Positions 9,516 through 18,519 are shown, counted from the first letter of the whole stretch. The stretch is DNA of 63,288 bases, filler included, from Dehalococcoidia bacterium (GCA_040882355.1; 5 parts of 5 records of this genome joined end to end with filler, not necessarily neighbours in it), one strand, 5' to 3'. Made by a program: numbers and translations. The notes: generated from the letters alone by a model not told the origin.

Positions 9516-10532
9516 CTATGAAGCGCGCGCAGGCCGCTGCTGCGCCAGCGTGGCGAGCTCCACGAGGAGCAACTGGAGCGCCGTCTCTTCGTCGAACTGT
9601 CCGCGTTTGATGCTCAGGTCGGCGTCCAGGAGCATGCGGTACGCCGCGCGCAGCCGGTCGATGCTGTAGGCCGGCGCTTGCTGGAGCAGCTTCTGCACGA
9701 CGAAGCCTTGCATGCGCAGGCGTCCCGCGATCTCCGGGGCGCGCAGGCGCTTCGCCATCAGATCCTTCGTCTGGATCAGGAGCCGGTATTGGCGGGCCAC
9801 CATCGTGAGCAGCCGCTGCGGCGGTTCGCCCTCAGCGAGGAGGCGCTGGAGCAGATCGAGCGCAGCGCCCGACCGTCCTTCGATTGTGGCGTCGACCATC
9901 GCGAAGACGCTCGGCTCGCGGGCGAAGCTGACGAGCGCGCGCACGTCGTCCCCGGTGACCGCGCCTCCGCCGGCGTAGACGCCCAGCTTCTGGATCTCGG
10001 TGTCCAGCGTCCAGAGCTGGTTGCCCACAAGCGCCGCCAGCGCCGCAATCGCGCGCGCGTCCAGCGCGACCCCGTGGCGCTCGGCGCGACGCTTGATCCA
10101 CATCGCGACCTCGCCCTGTTTCGGCGGAGCGAACGCCTGTACGCGGGCGTCGGGAGGTAGGGCCTTCAAGAACGGGTTCGCGTCCGAGATGTCGCCTTCC
10201 ATGAAGACGAGCGCCGTCGCCTGCGGCAGATCACTCAACGCGGCGGCGAACGACTCCCAGGCGCCGAGCGCCGCGGGCGTTTTGCGCCGGCTCCTGCGGG
10301 CACCCTGTTGCGGCTCGAAGCGGCGCATCAGGTCGTGGACGACGACGAGCCGCCGCGCGCTCATGAAGGGCAGCGTCTGGCAGACAACAAGCAGCTCGTC
10401 CGGCTTGGCGCTCGCGCCGTCGACGCGGACCGTGTTATCGCCGAGCGCGCCGTCGGAGTCCAACTCCGTTCGCAGCGCGTCGAGCGCCTCGTGGGCGGAG
10501 AAGTCGTTCTTGCCGTAGAAGGCCGCGATCAT
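9516..10532 (-). CDS. holA: DNA polymerase III delta subunit
   Basis: FYGKNDF, QTLPFMSARRLVVV, EIQKL, VFAMVDA, DLSIKRG; the ATG overlaps the upstream stop. Confidence 0.9.
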   Translation of the reverse strand: MIAAFYGKNDFSAHEALDALRTELDSDGALGDNTVRVDGASAKPDELLVVCQTLPFMSARRLVVVHDLMRRFEPQQGARRSRRKTPAALGAWESFAAALSDLPQATALVFMEGDISDANPFLKALPPDARVQAFAPPKQGEVAMWIKRRAERHGVALDARAIAALAALVGNQLWTLDTEIQKLGVYAGGGAVTGDDVRALVSFAREPSVFAMVDATIEGRSGAALDLLQRLLAEGEPPQRLLTMVARQYRLLIQTKDLMAKRLRAPEIAGRLRMQGFVVQKLLQQAPAYSIDRLRAAYRMLLDADLSIKRGQFDEETALQLLLVELATLAQQRPARAS

Positions 10533-10768
10533 CAGTCCAGGTTCGCCTTCCAGCCCATCCAGACGACAGCCGCTACACCACCGAGGATGAGCACGCCGGG
10601 CCAGAGCAGGTTCATCGCGAACTCGCCGAGCCGCTCCGCGGTGTCGCCAGTAGAAGCGCTGACCGCTCGATACGCGGCGAACGCTCCCGCGACGAGCAGC
10701 CCGAGTACGACCGACCACATCAGAAGCAGCAGGTCATCGCGGCTGAGGAGGCGGCGTCGATTGGACAT
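10532..10768 (-). CDS. Small two-TM protein, coupled to holA
   Basis: Two hydrophobic helices; its TGA overlaps the holA ATG. Confidence 0.6.
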   Translation of the reverse strand: MSNRRRLLSRDDLLLLMWSVVLGLLVAGAFAAYRAVSASTGDTAERLGEFAMNLLWPGVLILGGVAAVVWMGWKANLD

Positions 10769-10809
10769 GGGTTCGTGATGGCGATAGGTTCGTCGAGTCA
10801 TCATATCGC

Positions 10810-11010
10810 TTGCGTCAGTGGGAGGGGAACCGTAGCCTGGGCCTGGTGTTGGTCGTCGCTATCGTGCTGCTGGTGATCGGGTTCGGGCTGTACCTGGGCG
10901 CGTTCGCCCAGGGCCCCGGTCCGTCCATGGCCGACCGGCCGATTCAAGCCTGGATGTTCTTCGCCGCGACCGTGTCGATGGTAGCGGGCTTCCTCTTCCT
11001 CGTGGCGTAG
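10810..11010 (+). CDS. Small two-TM membrane protein
   Basis: 66 aa with two hydrophobic segments; TTG start. Confidence 0.5.
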   Translation: MRQWEGNRSLGLVLVVAIVLLVIGFGLYLGAFAQGPGPSMADRPIQAWMFFAATVSMVAGFLFLVA

Positions 11011-11016
11011 CTGCAT

Positions 11017-11196
11017 ATGGAGGACGAACTAGACAACAGAGACGCGAAGGAACTCAAGCCAGAGCGCGCCAAGGGCGCGCTAGCACTCGTGGGCGCGTGG
11101 GCGAGCATGACCGACGAGGAGATCGACGCATTCATCGCTCACGTCTACGCTGAACGCGCCAAAGACACTGGCCGCCCGGTGCTTCTCAAGACCTAA
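11017..11196 (+). CDS. 59-aa hypothetical protein, antitoxin-like
   Basis: Translated by hand: MEDELDNRDAKELKPERAKGALALVGAWASMTDEEIDAFIAHVYAERAKDTGRPVLLKT. Confidence 0.45.
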   Translation: MEDELDNRDAKELKPERAKGALALVGAWASMTDEEIDAFIAHVYAERAKDTGRPVLLKT

Positions 11197-11211
11197 TGCG
11201 ACCGATCGTGG

Positions 11212-11622
11212 TCAGCCCGCCACCACCCTGAGCGTGCCCACCATCCCGTAGGCTTCGTGGTTCGGCAGGTGGCAGATGTAGGCGTAGTCGCCGGGTTTGT
11301 CGAACTGGATGGTCGTCGTGCGCGTGGAGAATGCGGGAACAGTGACCTCCGTCGGTATGCTGTCGTGATACGGCTCGGTGCCTGTACGATGCCGCGCGTG
11401 CATCTCCGGCGAACCGACCATCCACTCGTGCTCGATGGGGTCGTCGTTGCGCAGGATGATCGTCACGGGCTCTCCCGCCGGCACCTCGACCACCGCCGGC
11501 TCGAAGTGCGAGTAGCGGATCGCGATGGTCGCGTGGTCGGATGGGCCCTCGTCGCAGCCAACTGCGCCCAGCAGGACGAGAGCCAGGACCAACGAGAGGC
11601 CGGCTACGCCCCGGCCTGCCAT
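11212..11622 (-). CDS. Cupredoxin-domain lipoprotein
   Basis: Lipobox AVGC; type-1 copper ligands H(EHEW) and C-H-M in YICHLPNHEAYGM. Confidence 0.85.
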   Translation of the reverse strand: MAGRGVAGLSLVLALVLLGAVGCDEGPSDHATIAIRYSHFEPAVVEVPAGEPVTIILRNDDPIEHEWMVGSPEMHARHRTGTEPYHDSIPTEVTVPAFSTRTTTIQFDKPGDYAYICHLPNHEAYGMVGTLRVVAG

Positions 11623-12656
11623 TGCTCCGCACCCTGCTGCCGGGCCCGCACGCCGATGACGACGAGGATTGCGATCGAGGCGGCGGTGACCGCCGCGATC
11701 AACCCCAGGGGTACACCATCGCTGCCCGTGCCAGGCAGCGCCAGGCCGGCCGCGACGGGTGACGGCCTGTTTGCGCCGCTGGCGTCGATCGCGAGGTCGA
11801 AATCGAGGTCGGCGGCAGCGCTGTTCACCTGGAGCTTCGTGAGCCAGGCAGAGCGCGGGACCCAGCTCATGCCCTCGTCGGAACGCAGGTCGTCCAGCAG
11901 GAGCGTCGTTGCCGCGTCGTTGTGCGCGAGCGCGAGGGCGTCGCTCGGCGCGGGGAGCAAGGCGGGCTGCTCGTCGGTGAGCAGATAGACGTCCGCATCG
12001 ACAGGGTCCTCTGCCTGCTTACCGAGGCCGAGGATGCGCAGGGGCACCCACGGGTTCGATGTGGGCATGGTGATGTGGACCGGCGTGCCGTCGCCGACCT
12101 GCTGGCCGCGGGCGGCTGCCGCTTCGCCATCGAAGACGGCGGCGAGGAAGATGGGGCTGCGCTGGGCGTAGAAGTCGAGCACCTCGGGCGCGTCCGGCGA
12201 GAGGCGGAAGCCGTGCTCTTGCGCCCAGGTCGCGACGGCTGGACCGCCGCCTTCCAGGACAGTGATGTCTAGCGCGTCGATGCGCACCTCCTGCAGCACT
12301 TCGGCAGGCGCGAAGCCCGCCGCTGAGCGTTGCAATAGTCCGTCACCTTCCGCCAGAGGCGGTTGCGTCTCGATGGCGAGCCGCTGGAGCGTCCAGGCGC
12401 CGCCTCGCTCGACCTTCGTCGGGACGGCGGGCAGGGGGATCAGCGTGCCGAACTCGCCGCCGCCGCCCTGGAACTCGAAGGCGGTGACGTAGTGCTCGAC
12501 GCCGTCGTGGTAGGCGGCGAGCGTGCTGGTGCGTCCGAGGTTCACCGCTCCGTTCGAGCCGATCAGCCCGGCGCAGGCCAGCACGGAGCTGGCGTTGATG
12601 AGCGCGGTCCCGCCCAGCGCGGCGGCGATGACGATGGCTATCGTGAGTGGTCGCAT
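11604..12656 (-). CDS. DUF2330-like exported protein with C-terminal TM
   Basis: Signal peptide then ACAG, FGTLIPLPAVP and PWVPLRIL motifs; GGAGG RBS. Confidence 0.7.
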   Translation of the reverse strand: MRPLTIAIVIAAALGGTALINASSVLACAGLIGSNGAVNLGRTSTLAAYHDGVEHYVTAFEFQGGGGEFGTLIPLPAVPTKVERGGAWTLQRLAIETQPPLAEGDGLLQRSAAGFAPAEVLQEVRIDALDITVLEGGGPAVATWAQEHGFRLSPDAPEVLDFYAQRSPIFLAAVFDGEAAAARGQQVGDGTPVHITMPTSNPWVPLRILGLGKQAEDPVDADVYLLTDEQPALLPAPSDALALAHNDAATTLLLDDLRSDEGMSWVPRSAWLTKLQVNSAAADLDFDLAIDASGANRPSPVAAGLALPGTGSDGVPLGLIAAVTAASIAILVVIGVRARQQGAEQWQAGA

Positions 12657-12739
12657 CGGGTTACCTCCCAGGCAAGAGTGCCTAGGAGTATGACGACGCG
12701 GGGCTCGTTGGGGTTCCCTTCGTCAGGGGCGAATCGGTG

Positions 12740-12836
12740 TGGCGGGAGTGCATGGGAGTCGAACCCACCTGGGACGGCACAACCGCCCCACAACGGTTTT
12801 GAAGACCGCAGGAGCCACCGGGCCCCATCCACTCCC
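12740..12836 (-). tRNA. selC: tRNA-Sec (UCA)
   Basis: 97 nt; anticodon arm GCGGT-CTTCAAA-ACCGT, long D stem, long variable arm, T-arm GTGGG-TTCGACT-CCCAT, ends GCCA. Confidence 0.93.
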
Positions 12837-12880
12837 AATTCGGAGTCTACGGTTCGGCGTCGGGGCGGGACAAGCTGGTC

Positions 12881-13435
12881 TTAGTCCGGGAAGTGGTCGC
12901 TGATGTAGTGGTCGGCACGGATGGCGGCGGTGGCGCCGTCGCCGGCGGCGGAGACGACCTGTCGCGCGGAGTTCACACGCACGTCGCCGGCTGCGAAGAG
13001 GCCGGGCACCTCGGTCTCCATCCACTCGTTCACGTAGATGTGGCCGCCCTCGTCCATCTTGAGGTTGCCCTTGAGGTAGTCGGTGTTGGGGTGGAGGCCG
13101 ATGAAGATGAAGATGGCGTCGACGTCCAGCGTCGACTCCTCGTTCGTCTCAACGTTGCGCAGCTTGAGGCGCTTCACGGCGTCGTCGCCTTCGACCGACT
13201 CGACGACGGTGTTCCAGACGAACTCCATCTTCGGGTTGGCGAAGGCGCGCTCCTGGAGGATCTTGCTGGCGCGGAGCTGGTCGCGTCGGTGAATGACGTA
13301 GACCTTGGAGGCGTAGCGCGCCACGAAGAGGCCTTCGTCCATCGCCGCATCGCCCCCGCCCACGACAGCGCAGACCTGGTCCTTGAAGAAGGCGGCGTCG
13401 CAGGTCGCGCAGTAGGAGACGCCCTTGCCGATCAG
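12881..13435 (-). CDS. trxB: Thioredoxin-disulfide reductase (5' truncated at contig end)
   Basis: GVSYCATCD, VVGGGDAA, HRRDQLRA, GLFAAGDVR. Confidence 0.93.
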   Translation of the reverse strand: MIGKGVSYCATCDAAFFKDQVCAVVGGGDAAMDEGLFVARYASKVYVIHRRDQLRASKILQERAFANPKMEFVWNTVVESVEGDDAVKRLKLRNVETNEESTLDVDAIFIFIGLHPNTDYLKGNLKMDEGGHIYVNEWMETEVPGLFAAGDVRVNSARQVVSAAGDGATAAIRADHYISDHFPD

Positions 13436-13535
13436 NNNNNNNNNNNNNNNNNNNNNNNNNNNNNNNNNNNNNNNNNNNNTTAATTAATTAANNNNNNNNN
13501 NNNNNNNNNNNNNNNNNNNNNNNNNNNNNNNNNNN
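13436..13535. other. Artificial contig linker
   Basis: N44-TTAATTAATTAA-N44; the same linker occurs at 26865-26964, 39279-39378 and 51437-51536. Confidence 0.98.
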
Positions 13536-13587
13536 CGTCGGGCTCATAACCCGGAGGTCGAGGGTTCGAATCCCTCCCCCGCTACCA
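13536..13587 (+). tRNA. tRNA-Met (CAT), initiator-like, 5' truncated
   Basis: TCGGG-CTCATAA-CCCGG anticodon arm with three G:C pairs, GGTTCGAATCC T-loop, ACCA end. Confidence 0.88.
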
Positions 13588-13598
13588 ACGAACCGGAG

Positions 13599-13627
13599 AG
13601 AACGCCCCTCACCCTGAGGGGCGTTCT
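13599..13627 (+). terminator. Hairpin after the tRNA
   Basis: Perfect 13-bp inverted repeat AGAACGCCCCTCA/TGAGGGGCGTTCT. Confidence 0.65.
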
Positions 13628-13661
13628 GCTATCCTTGGGCGAACCAGAGGTGGAACCCAGA

Positions 13662-14507
13662 ATGCAGGACTTCGAAGGCAAGGTCGCTGTCGTCACCGGC
13701 GGCGCGAGCGGCATCGGCCTCGGTCTGGCGACCCGCTTCGCCGAGGAGGGCATGAAGGTCGTCCTCGCGGACGTCGAGGCGCCCGCGCTCGAAGCGGCGG
13801 TCACGAAGCTGCGGCAGCAGGAGCACGACGTGCTCGGCGTGCTCACCGACGTCTCGATCGCTGAGTCGGTGGAAGACCTGGCCCGGAAGGCGCTCGAGGC
13901 ATACGGCAAGGTACACGTCCTCTGCAACAACGCGGGCGTCGGCGGCGGGCGCGGCCCCATCTGGCAGAGCAGCTTCAACGACTGGCAGTGGGTCTTCGGC
14001 GTCAACTTCTGGGGCGTCCTCCACGGCATCAGGACGTTCGTGCCGATCATGCTCGGCCACGGCGAGGAGGGCCATGTGGTCAACACCGCCTCGATGGCCG
14101 GCCTGGTATCGGGCGCTGGCATCTACGGCGTTACGAAGCATGCCGTCGTCTCGCTGTCGGAGTCGCTCTACCTCCACCTGCAGATGGCGCAGGCGAAGCT
14201 TGGTGCCTCGGTCCTCTGCCCCGGCTTCGTCAGCACCAACATCGCGGACGCCGAGCGCAACCGCCCTGCCGAGCTGCAGAACGAGAGCGGGGCCCCGCTG
14301 AGCGAGTTCGAGCAGGCGATCCGCGACCGCATGCGTGGGCAGATCTCGGGAGGGATGCCGCCGGAGCAGGTCGCGGGGATCGTCGTCGAAGCGATCCGCG
14401 CCGGGCAGTTCTGGATCACGACCACGGACGAGTTCGACGAGATCGTGCGGACGCGTATGGAGGGGATCCTGGAGCGCCGCAACCCCGAGCTGAGATTGCT
14501 CGGCTAG
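13662..14507 (+). CDS. SDR family oxidoreductase
   Basis: TGGASGIG, NNAGV, YGVTK. Confidence 0.92.
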   Translation: MQDFEGKVAVVTGGASGIGLGLATRFAEEGMKVVLADVEAPALEAAVTKLRQQEHDVLGVLTDVSIAESVEDLARKALEAYGKVHVLCNNAGVGGGRGPIWQSSFNDWQWVFGVNFWGVLHGIRTFVPIMLGHGEEGHVVNTASMAGLVSGAGIYGVTKHAVVSLSESLYLHLQMAQAKLGASVLCPGFVSTNIADAERNRPAELQNESGAPLSEFEQAIRDRMRGQISGGMPPEQVAGIVVEAIRAGQFWITTTDEFDEIVRTRMEGILERRNPELRLLG

Positions 14508-14517
14508 GAGGTCCGTC

Positions 14518-15090
14518 ATGTCCAACATCCTTGTCACGTCGCTCCAAAACCGAGTGCGCGCGATGAACGAGCTCTGGGAGCGCGCCGTCTCCGACATGAC
14601 GCTGGAGCAGGTCAACCACCAGGAGCGGCAGAGCGTGCTGCCCATCGCCTTCAGCCTCAGCCACTTCATCCGCGCGCAGGACCAGTCGATGAGCATCGTC
14701 TTCCTCCGCGAGCAGCCCCTCTGGGACGCGGGCGGCTGGGCCCAGAAGGTCGGCGTCACCGTCGACCGCCTGGGCCGGGAAGAGACCGTAGAGGAGATGG
14801 AGCAGCTCCGCTTCGCCGACTTCGAGGCGTGGAAGTCGTTTCAGGCGCAGGTCATCGCCCGGACGGCCGGTGTCCTGGCCGGCCTCACCTCCGAGGCGCT
14901 GGCCGAGGTCGTCATGCCGCAGCTCCCGGCCCATATGCAGAACATCTTCTGCGCCATGGTCATCGGCCCCGGCGCTCCGCTGCGAAAGCTCGACGTGATC
15001 GAGTGCTTCGTCTACCAGCACGGCCTGCGCCACATGGGCGAGATCGAGCACGGCAGGGCGCTGGTGGGGCTCGGCGGCATGACCAGCTAG
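14518..15090 (+). CDS. DinB/YfiT-like protein
   Basis: AGGAGG RBS; His in LSHF and HGLRHMGEI metal-binding motif. Confidence 0.75.
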   Translation: MSNILVTSLQNRVRAMNELWERAVSDMTLEQVNHQERQSVLPIAFSLSHFIRAQDQSMSIVFLREQPLWDAGGWAQKVGVTVDRLGREETVEEMEQLRFADFEAWKSFQAQVIARTAGVLAGLTSEALAEVVMPQLPAHMQNIFCAMVIGPGAPLRKLDVIECFVYQHGLRHMGEIEHGRALVGLGGMTS

Positions 15091-15175
15091 CCGCGGGTGC
15101 GGCTCCCCTTCGCGCCCTGCGCCCTTTCCCTTGCCCGCACGGGCAGACCCGGCTATAGTCGGATCAACAGCCCGC

Positions 15176-15874
15176 ATGTCGACTGAACTGCTAGGGAAAG
15201 CGCTCACCGAGGCCAGGATCGCCCGTGGGCTGACGCTTCGTGACGTGGAGCGCGACACCCGCATCTCCCTCAAGTACCTGCAGGCGTTGGAGGACGGCCA
15301 GATCGAGGAGCTTCCCGCTCCCGTCTACGCCCGCGCCTTCACCCGCACCTACGCCCAGTACCTGGGCCTGAACGCGGCGCCCCTGGTCCAGCGGTTGCCC
15401 GGCGCGAGGCCGGAAACCGAGCCCGAGCACTCGCTGCCGCCCTTCCCCAGCGTCAACCGCGAGGTGATGGTACCGCTGCTCTCGGCCAACTGGCTCGTCG
15501 TCGGCGTGGTGGTGGCCATCCTCTTCGCCGTTGGCCTCGTCCTCTTCTGGAACCGCGGCGGCGAGGGCACCGAGACCGTCACGTCGAACCCGCCGGTCGG
15601 TGAGGAGCCCGCCGAGGGCGCCGAGCAGCCCACGCTGCCCCCTGACCAGCCGCCCCCGACCATCGTCGTGGAGCCGGGCATCGTCCCCGACGTCGAGGGT
15701 GTGAACGCCTTGCTCGCCATCGACGCCGTGAACCGCGCCGGGCTCCCCTACATGATCATCGAAGTAGAAGACGAGGACGCGCAAGCGGGCGTCGTCCTCC
15801 AGCAGAGCCCCTCGCCCGAGACCGAGGCCGACGAGAACACCGTGGTCACGCTGGTCATCGGCCGGAGCCCCTAA
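15176..15874 (+). CDS. RodZ-like HTH protein with TM and PASTA domain
   Basis: HTH_25-like (TRISLKYLQALEDG, YAQYLGL), one TM, PASTA-like VPDVEG...VLQQSP. Confidence 0.8.
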   Translation: MSTELLGKALTEARIARGLTLRDVERDTRISLKYLQALEDGQIEELPAPVYARAFTRTYAQYLGLNAAPLVQRLPGARPETEPEHSLPPFPSVNREVMVPLLSANWLVVGVVVAILFAVGLVLFWNRGGEGTETVTSNPPVGEEPAEGAEQPTLPPDQPPPTIVVEPGIVPDVEGVNALLAIDAVNRAGLPYMIIEVEDEDAQAGVVLQQSPSPETEADENTVVTLVIGRSP

Positions 15875-15921
15875 CTCGCCCGCACCTATCTCGAACGCCA
15901 ACCGTCGAAGGCCCAATCACC

Positions 15922-16170
15922 GAAGGCCAGGTTTCAGCCTGGCGAAGCGTGTGCCCGCCCTCGCCAGCCAGCGCTAGTGGCGCCCGTAGGGACAGAGCTT
16001 CAGCTCTGTCCGCCCATATACTGCGTTGATGTGGATGGCAGCCCGCCACTGAGAATGCGGTAGCTCCTGTCATTCTGAGCGAAGCGAGGAATCTGGCCCC
16101 GCGAGGCAGAGCGCTGCAATGTGCAGAACCGGCCAGCGGACACACTTCGAAGGCCAGGCTTCAGCCTGGC
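15922..16170. repeat. Cluster of REP-like palindromes between convergent genes
   Basis: GAAGGCCAGG(T/C)TTCAGCCTGGC at 15922 and 16149; GTAGGGACAGAGC-TTCA-GCTCTGTCC at 15986; TGTCATTCTGAGCGAAGCGAGGAATCT at 16068. Confidence 0.75.
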
Positions 16171-16183
16171 AGAGCGCTGCTCC

Positions 16184-16477
16184 CTAGAACGCCTGCTCCA
16201 CCTCGATCTGCGAATCCACCAACTCCGCGTCCAGCCGCGTATGCTCCACGAAGGCCACGACTGTCTCCAACATCTGACGCGCGTGGAGCGCGTCGTTGGA
16301 GACGCAGGTGACACCCAGGGTCGCGATCTGCCAGCGGTCGTTGTCGTCCACTTCCGCCACCGACACGTTAAACTTGCTCCGCAGCCGCGCAGTCACCGAC
16401 CTCACGACCGCCCGCTTCTCCTTTAACGAGGCCTTGCCTGGCAGCCGGAGCGTCAGCCGGCACGCCCCGACGATCAT
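16184..16477 (-). CDS. DUF503 (YlxP-like) protein
   Basis: SLKEKRAVV, KFNVSVAEV, DRWQ motifs. Confidence 0.9.
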   Translation of the reverse strand: MIVGACRLTLRLPGKASLKEKRAVVRSVTARLRSKFNVSVAEVDDNDRWQIATLGVTCVSNDALHARQMLETVVAFVEHTRLDAELVDSQIEVEQAF

Positions 16478-16543
16478 CGGGCCGAAGCAGGCGCCGGGCC
16501 GCCGAACCTTGGGACTGGGGAACCCAGCGGGTAGGCCTGCTGC

Positions 16544-17296
16544 TCAACCCCCAACTTCACTGGGATCCGGATCGCCCGGCTCGTCTTCATCGCCCGGCCA
16601 CGACGCGGCGTCGTCCGGCCCAGCATCGTCGTTCGCCCAGGCCTCTGGGCCGTCCTCTGCCCCCTCGTCCGTTTCCTCGCCCTCCTCTGCCAGCGCCTCC
16701 CCTTCGAGGGCCGCGAGGCCGTTTACGCCGGCGGTCAGGGAATCCATGCCGTCCTCCTCGATCGCGGGCAGCGGCGGCAGGTCATCGAGCCGCTGGAGCC
16801 CGAAGTACTCGAGGAAGCGCACCGTGGTGCCGAAGAGCACCGGCCGGCCCGGCCCGGGCGCGCGGCCGACCTCTTCCACTAGCCCCCGCGCCTGGAGCGT
16901 GGCTACGGACTGGTCGGAGTTGACGCCGCGCACCGACTCGATGCGGGCGCGCGTGATCGGGTTGCGGTACGCGATGATCGCCAGCGTCTCCAGCGCCGCG
17001 CGTGAGAGCCGGCCGTGGGTCACCTCCAGGAACCGCTCGATGTAGGGGGCGGCGTCGGGCGCCGTGGCGAGCTGTACGCGGTCGCCCAGGCGCTGTATCA
17101 GCAGCCCGCGGCCGTTCACCGACTCGACGAGCTGCTCGATCGCGCGCTCGATGCGCTGGCGCGGTACGCCCAGGCTCTTCGAAAGCGCGCCGATCTCTTG
17201 CGGCTCCTCCGCCACGAAGAGCAGGCTTTCGATCACCGCCGGCAGCCGGTCAGGCGCCGGCGGGTCGATCTTCGCTTGGTGTCTCCGAGATGTCAT
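16544..17296 (-). CDS. scpB: SMC-Scp complex subunit ScpB
   Basis: IESLLF, LSRAALETLAIIAY, IRGV-like VRGVNS, PGRPVLFGTT, FLEYFGL; acidic tail; start uncertain. Confidence 0.92.
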   Translation of the reverse strand: MTSRRHQAKIDPPAPDRLPAVIESLLFVAEEPQEIGALSKSLGVPRQRIERAIEQLVESVNGRGLLIQRLGDRVQLATAPDAAPYIERFLEVTHGRLSRAALETLAIIAYRNPITRARIESVRGVNSDQSVATLQARGLVEEVGRAPGPGRPVLFGTTVRFLEYFGLQRLDDLPPLPAIEEDGMDSLTAGVNGLAALEGEALAEEGEETDEGAEDGPEAWANDDAGPDDAASWPGDEDEPGDPDPSEVGG

Positions 17297-18107
17297 GTGG
17301 CGACCCCGATGAGCTGGTCGGCGGAGCGAACGGTCCCGGCCCCGCTCCGCCTGATGCGGATGGCGCTGGCTGTTCGGGCGAAGCTCCGCCTGATGTGGAC
17401 TGCGCTGGCTGCTCGGGCGAACCTCCGCCGGAGGCGGGCTGCGCAGGCAGGCGGTCCCAGCCCGTATAGCCCGAGGTCTCTGCGCCGGAGGGGGCCTGCG
17501 GCGCTGTCGAGGGCGACGCGCTCACCCCGGCGGCGGCCGGCGTGGGCGTTGCTTCCGTCCGGGCCACCTGCAGCTCTCGATAATGAAGCTCGGCTTTCGG
17601 CGGGCCGGTCAGCGCCACGCCCATCCGCCCTTCGATGAGCTGCTGCGCGCGATGACATGCTTCCTCCGCAACGAGCGCCAGGTCGGCCTGCGCGCCCACG
17701 TGCAGGTCCAGCTTCACTTCGGCCTTCGAGCCGCGCCCGATCACGACGGCCTGCGCCTGCAGGAGCTGGGGCACCGCCCGCAACTCCTCCTCGACCCGCA
17801 ACGCGATCTCGTCGGTGCCGATGCGCGCCTCGCCGGATCCCACCTTTGTGACGGTGAGCTGGCCGCTCTCCGGCGGCGCCAGCTCGATGATGATGATCAT
17901 CAGCGCCAGCAGCGCGAAGATCAGGCCACCGAAGGTGATGATCAGCTTCGCCGCGTCGTTGTTGTGGTCTTCCAGGTAGCCGCCCAGGTCGAGGATGCGG
18001 GTGATGCTCTCGTCCGGGGCGCCCCAGGCGAGGAGGATGATCACGAAGATGACGAAGACCCAGAGCAACGACGTCCCGATGATCAGGACGCGGTTGGTGA
18101 CATCCAT
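17250..18107 (-). CDS. Membrane protein, AmaP/Asp23-like, with a low-complexity tail
   Basis: AGGAGG RBS, two TMs and an alpha/beta domain; about 2.5 copies of a 39-bp repeat at 17344-17444. Confidence 0.6.
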   Translation of the reverse strand: MDVTNRVLIIGTSLLWVFVIFVIILLAWGAPDESITRILDLGGYLEDHNNDAAKLIITFGGLIFALLALMIIIIELAPPESGQLTVTKVGSGEARIGTDEIALRVEEELRAVPQLLQAQAVVIGRGSKAEVKLDLHVGAQADLALVAEEACHRAQQLIEGRMGVALTGPPKAELHYRELQVARTEATPTPAAAGVSASPSTAPQAPSGAETSGYTGWDRLPAQPASGGGSPEQPAQSTSGGASPEQPAPSASGGAGPGPFAPPTSSSGSPHDISETPSEDRPAGA

Positions 18108-18218
18108 GCATACCTCCTGCTCCGGGTGGGCCTGGCGGCGAAACGTTCGCGCCCGCGCACTGCGGGCGAAGGGTGAGACAGAGTGCGGGTGGCTGCGCGT
18201 GTGAGCACGGCTGCAGCC

Positions 18219-18246
18219 ATCATACCGTATCGCGTAAGTGTGTCAA
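18219..18246 (-). promoter_or_regulatory. Sigma70-like promoter for the 18107-16184 operon
   Basis: Minus strand TTGACA-16 nt-TATGAT. Confidence 0.55.
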
Positions 18247-18277
18247 CGCCTCCCGCTTCACAGGGGGAGGCGTTGAC
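18242..18277. terminator. Inverted-repeat hairpin downstream of the zinc-ribbon ORF
   Basis: GTCAACGCCTCCC...GGGAGGCGTTGAC, 13-bp stem. Confidence 0.6.
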
Positions 18278-18321
18278 GTGAGGTGATCCTAGACCTGGTT
18301 GCTGGCGGACCGGCTGCGCTG

Positions 18322-18450
18322 TCAGAGCAAGGAGCGAGGGAAGAGTCGTTGTTGGTATCCGCAGGCGGTAAACCCGCAGACAGGGCAGCAGGCGCAGCCT
18401 TCGCCGTAGACCAGGGGGCCTCCACAGTCAGGGCAGCGATGTCGTCTCAT
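18322..18450 (-). CDS. 42-aa zinc-ribbon microprotein
   Basis: GAGGAGG RBS; MRRHRCPDCGGPLVYGEGCACCPVCGFTACG... Confidence 0.7.
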   Translation of the reverse strand: MRRHRCPDCGGPLVYGEGCACCPVCGFTACGYQQRLFPRSLL

Positions 18451-18465
18451 GGCGTCCTCCTCGGT

Positions 18466-18519
18466 GGGACAGATGTTCTGTTCGACGTTAGAATAGCAGA
18501 ACGGGCGTTCTCTTGTCAA
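18466..18519 (-). promoter_or_regulatory. Promoter with LexA box AGAACgggcGTTCT (18498-18511)
   Basis: Minus strand TTGACA (18519-18514), SOS box in the spacer, TGcTATTCT extended -10; second imperfect box GAACatctGTCC near +1. Confidence 0.8.

Noticed and set aside
11212..12740. Genomic island integrated at the selC 3' end
   Set aside because: No integrase and no duplicated tRNA 3' end were found on this contig.
13436..13535. TTAATTAATTAA palindrome repeated four times within N runs
   Set aside because: Artificial all-frame-stop contig spacer, not biological.
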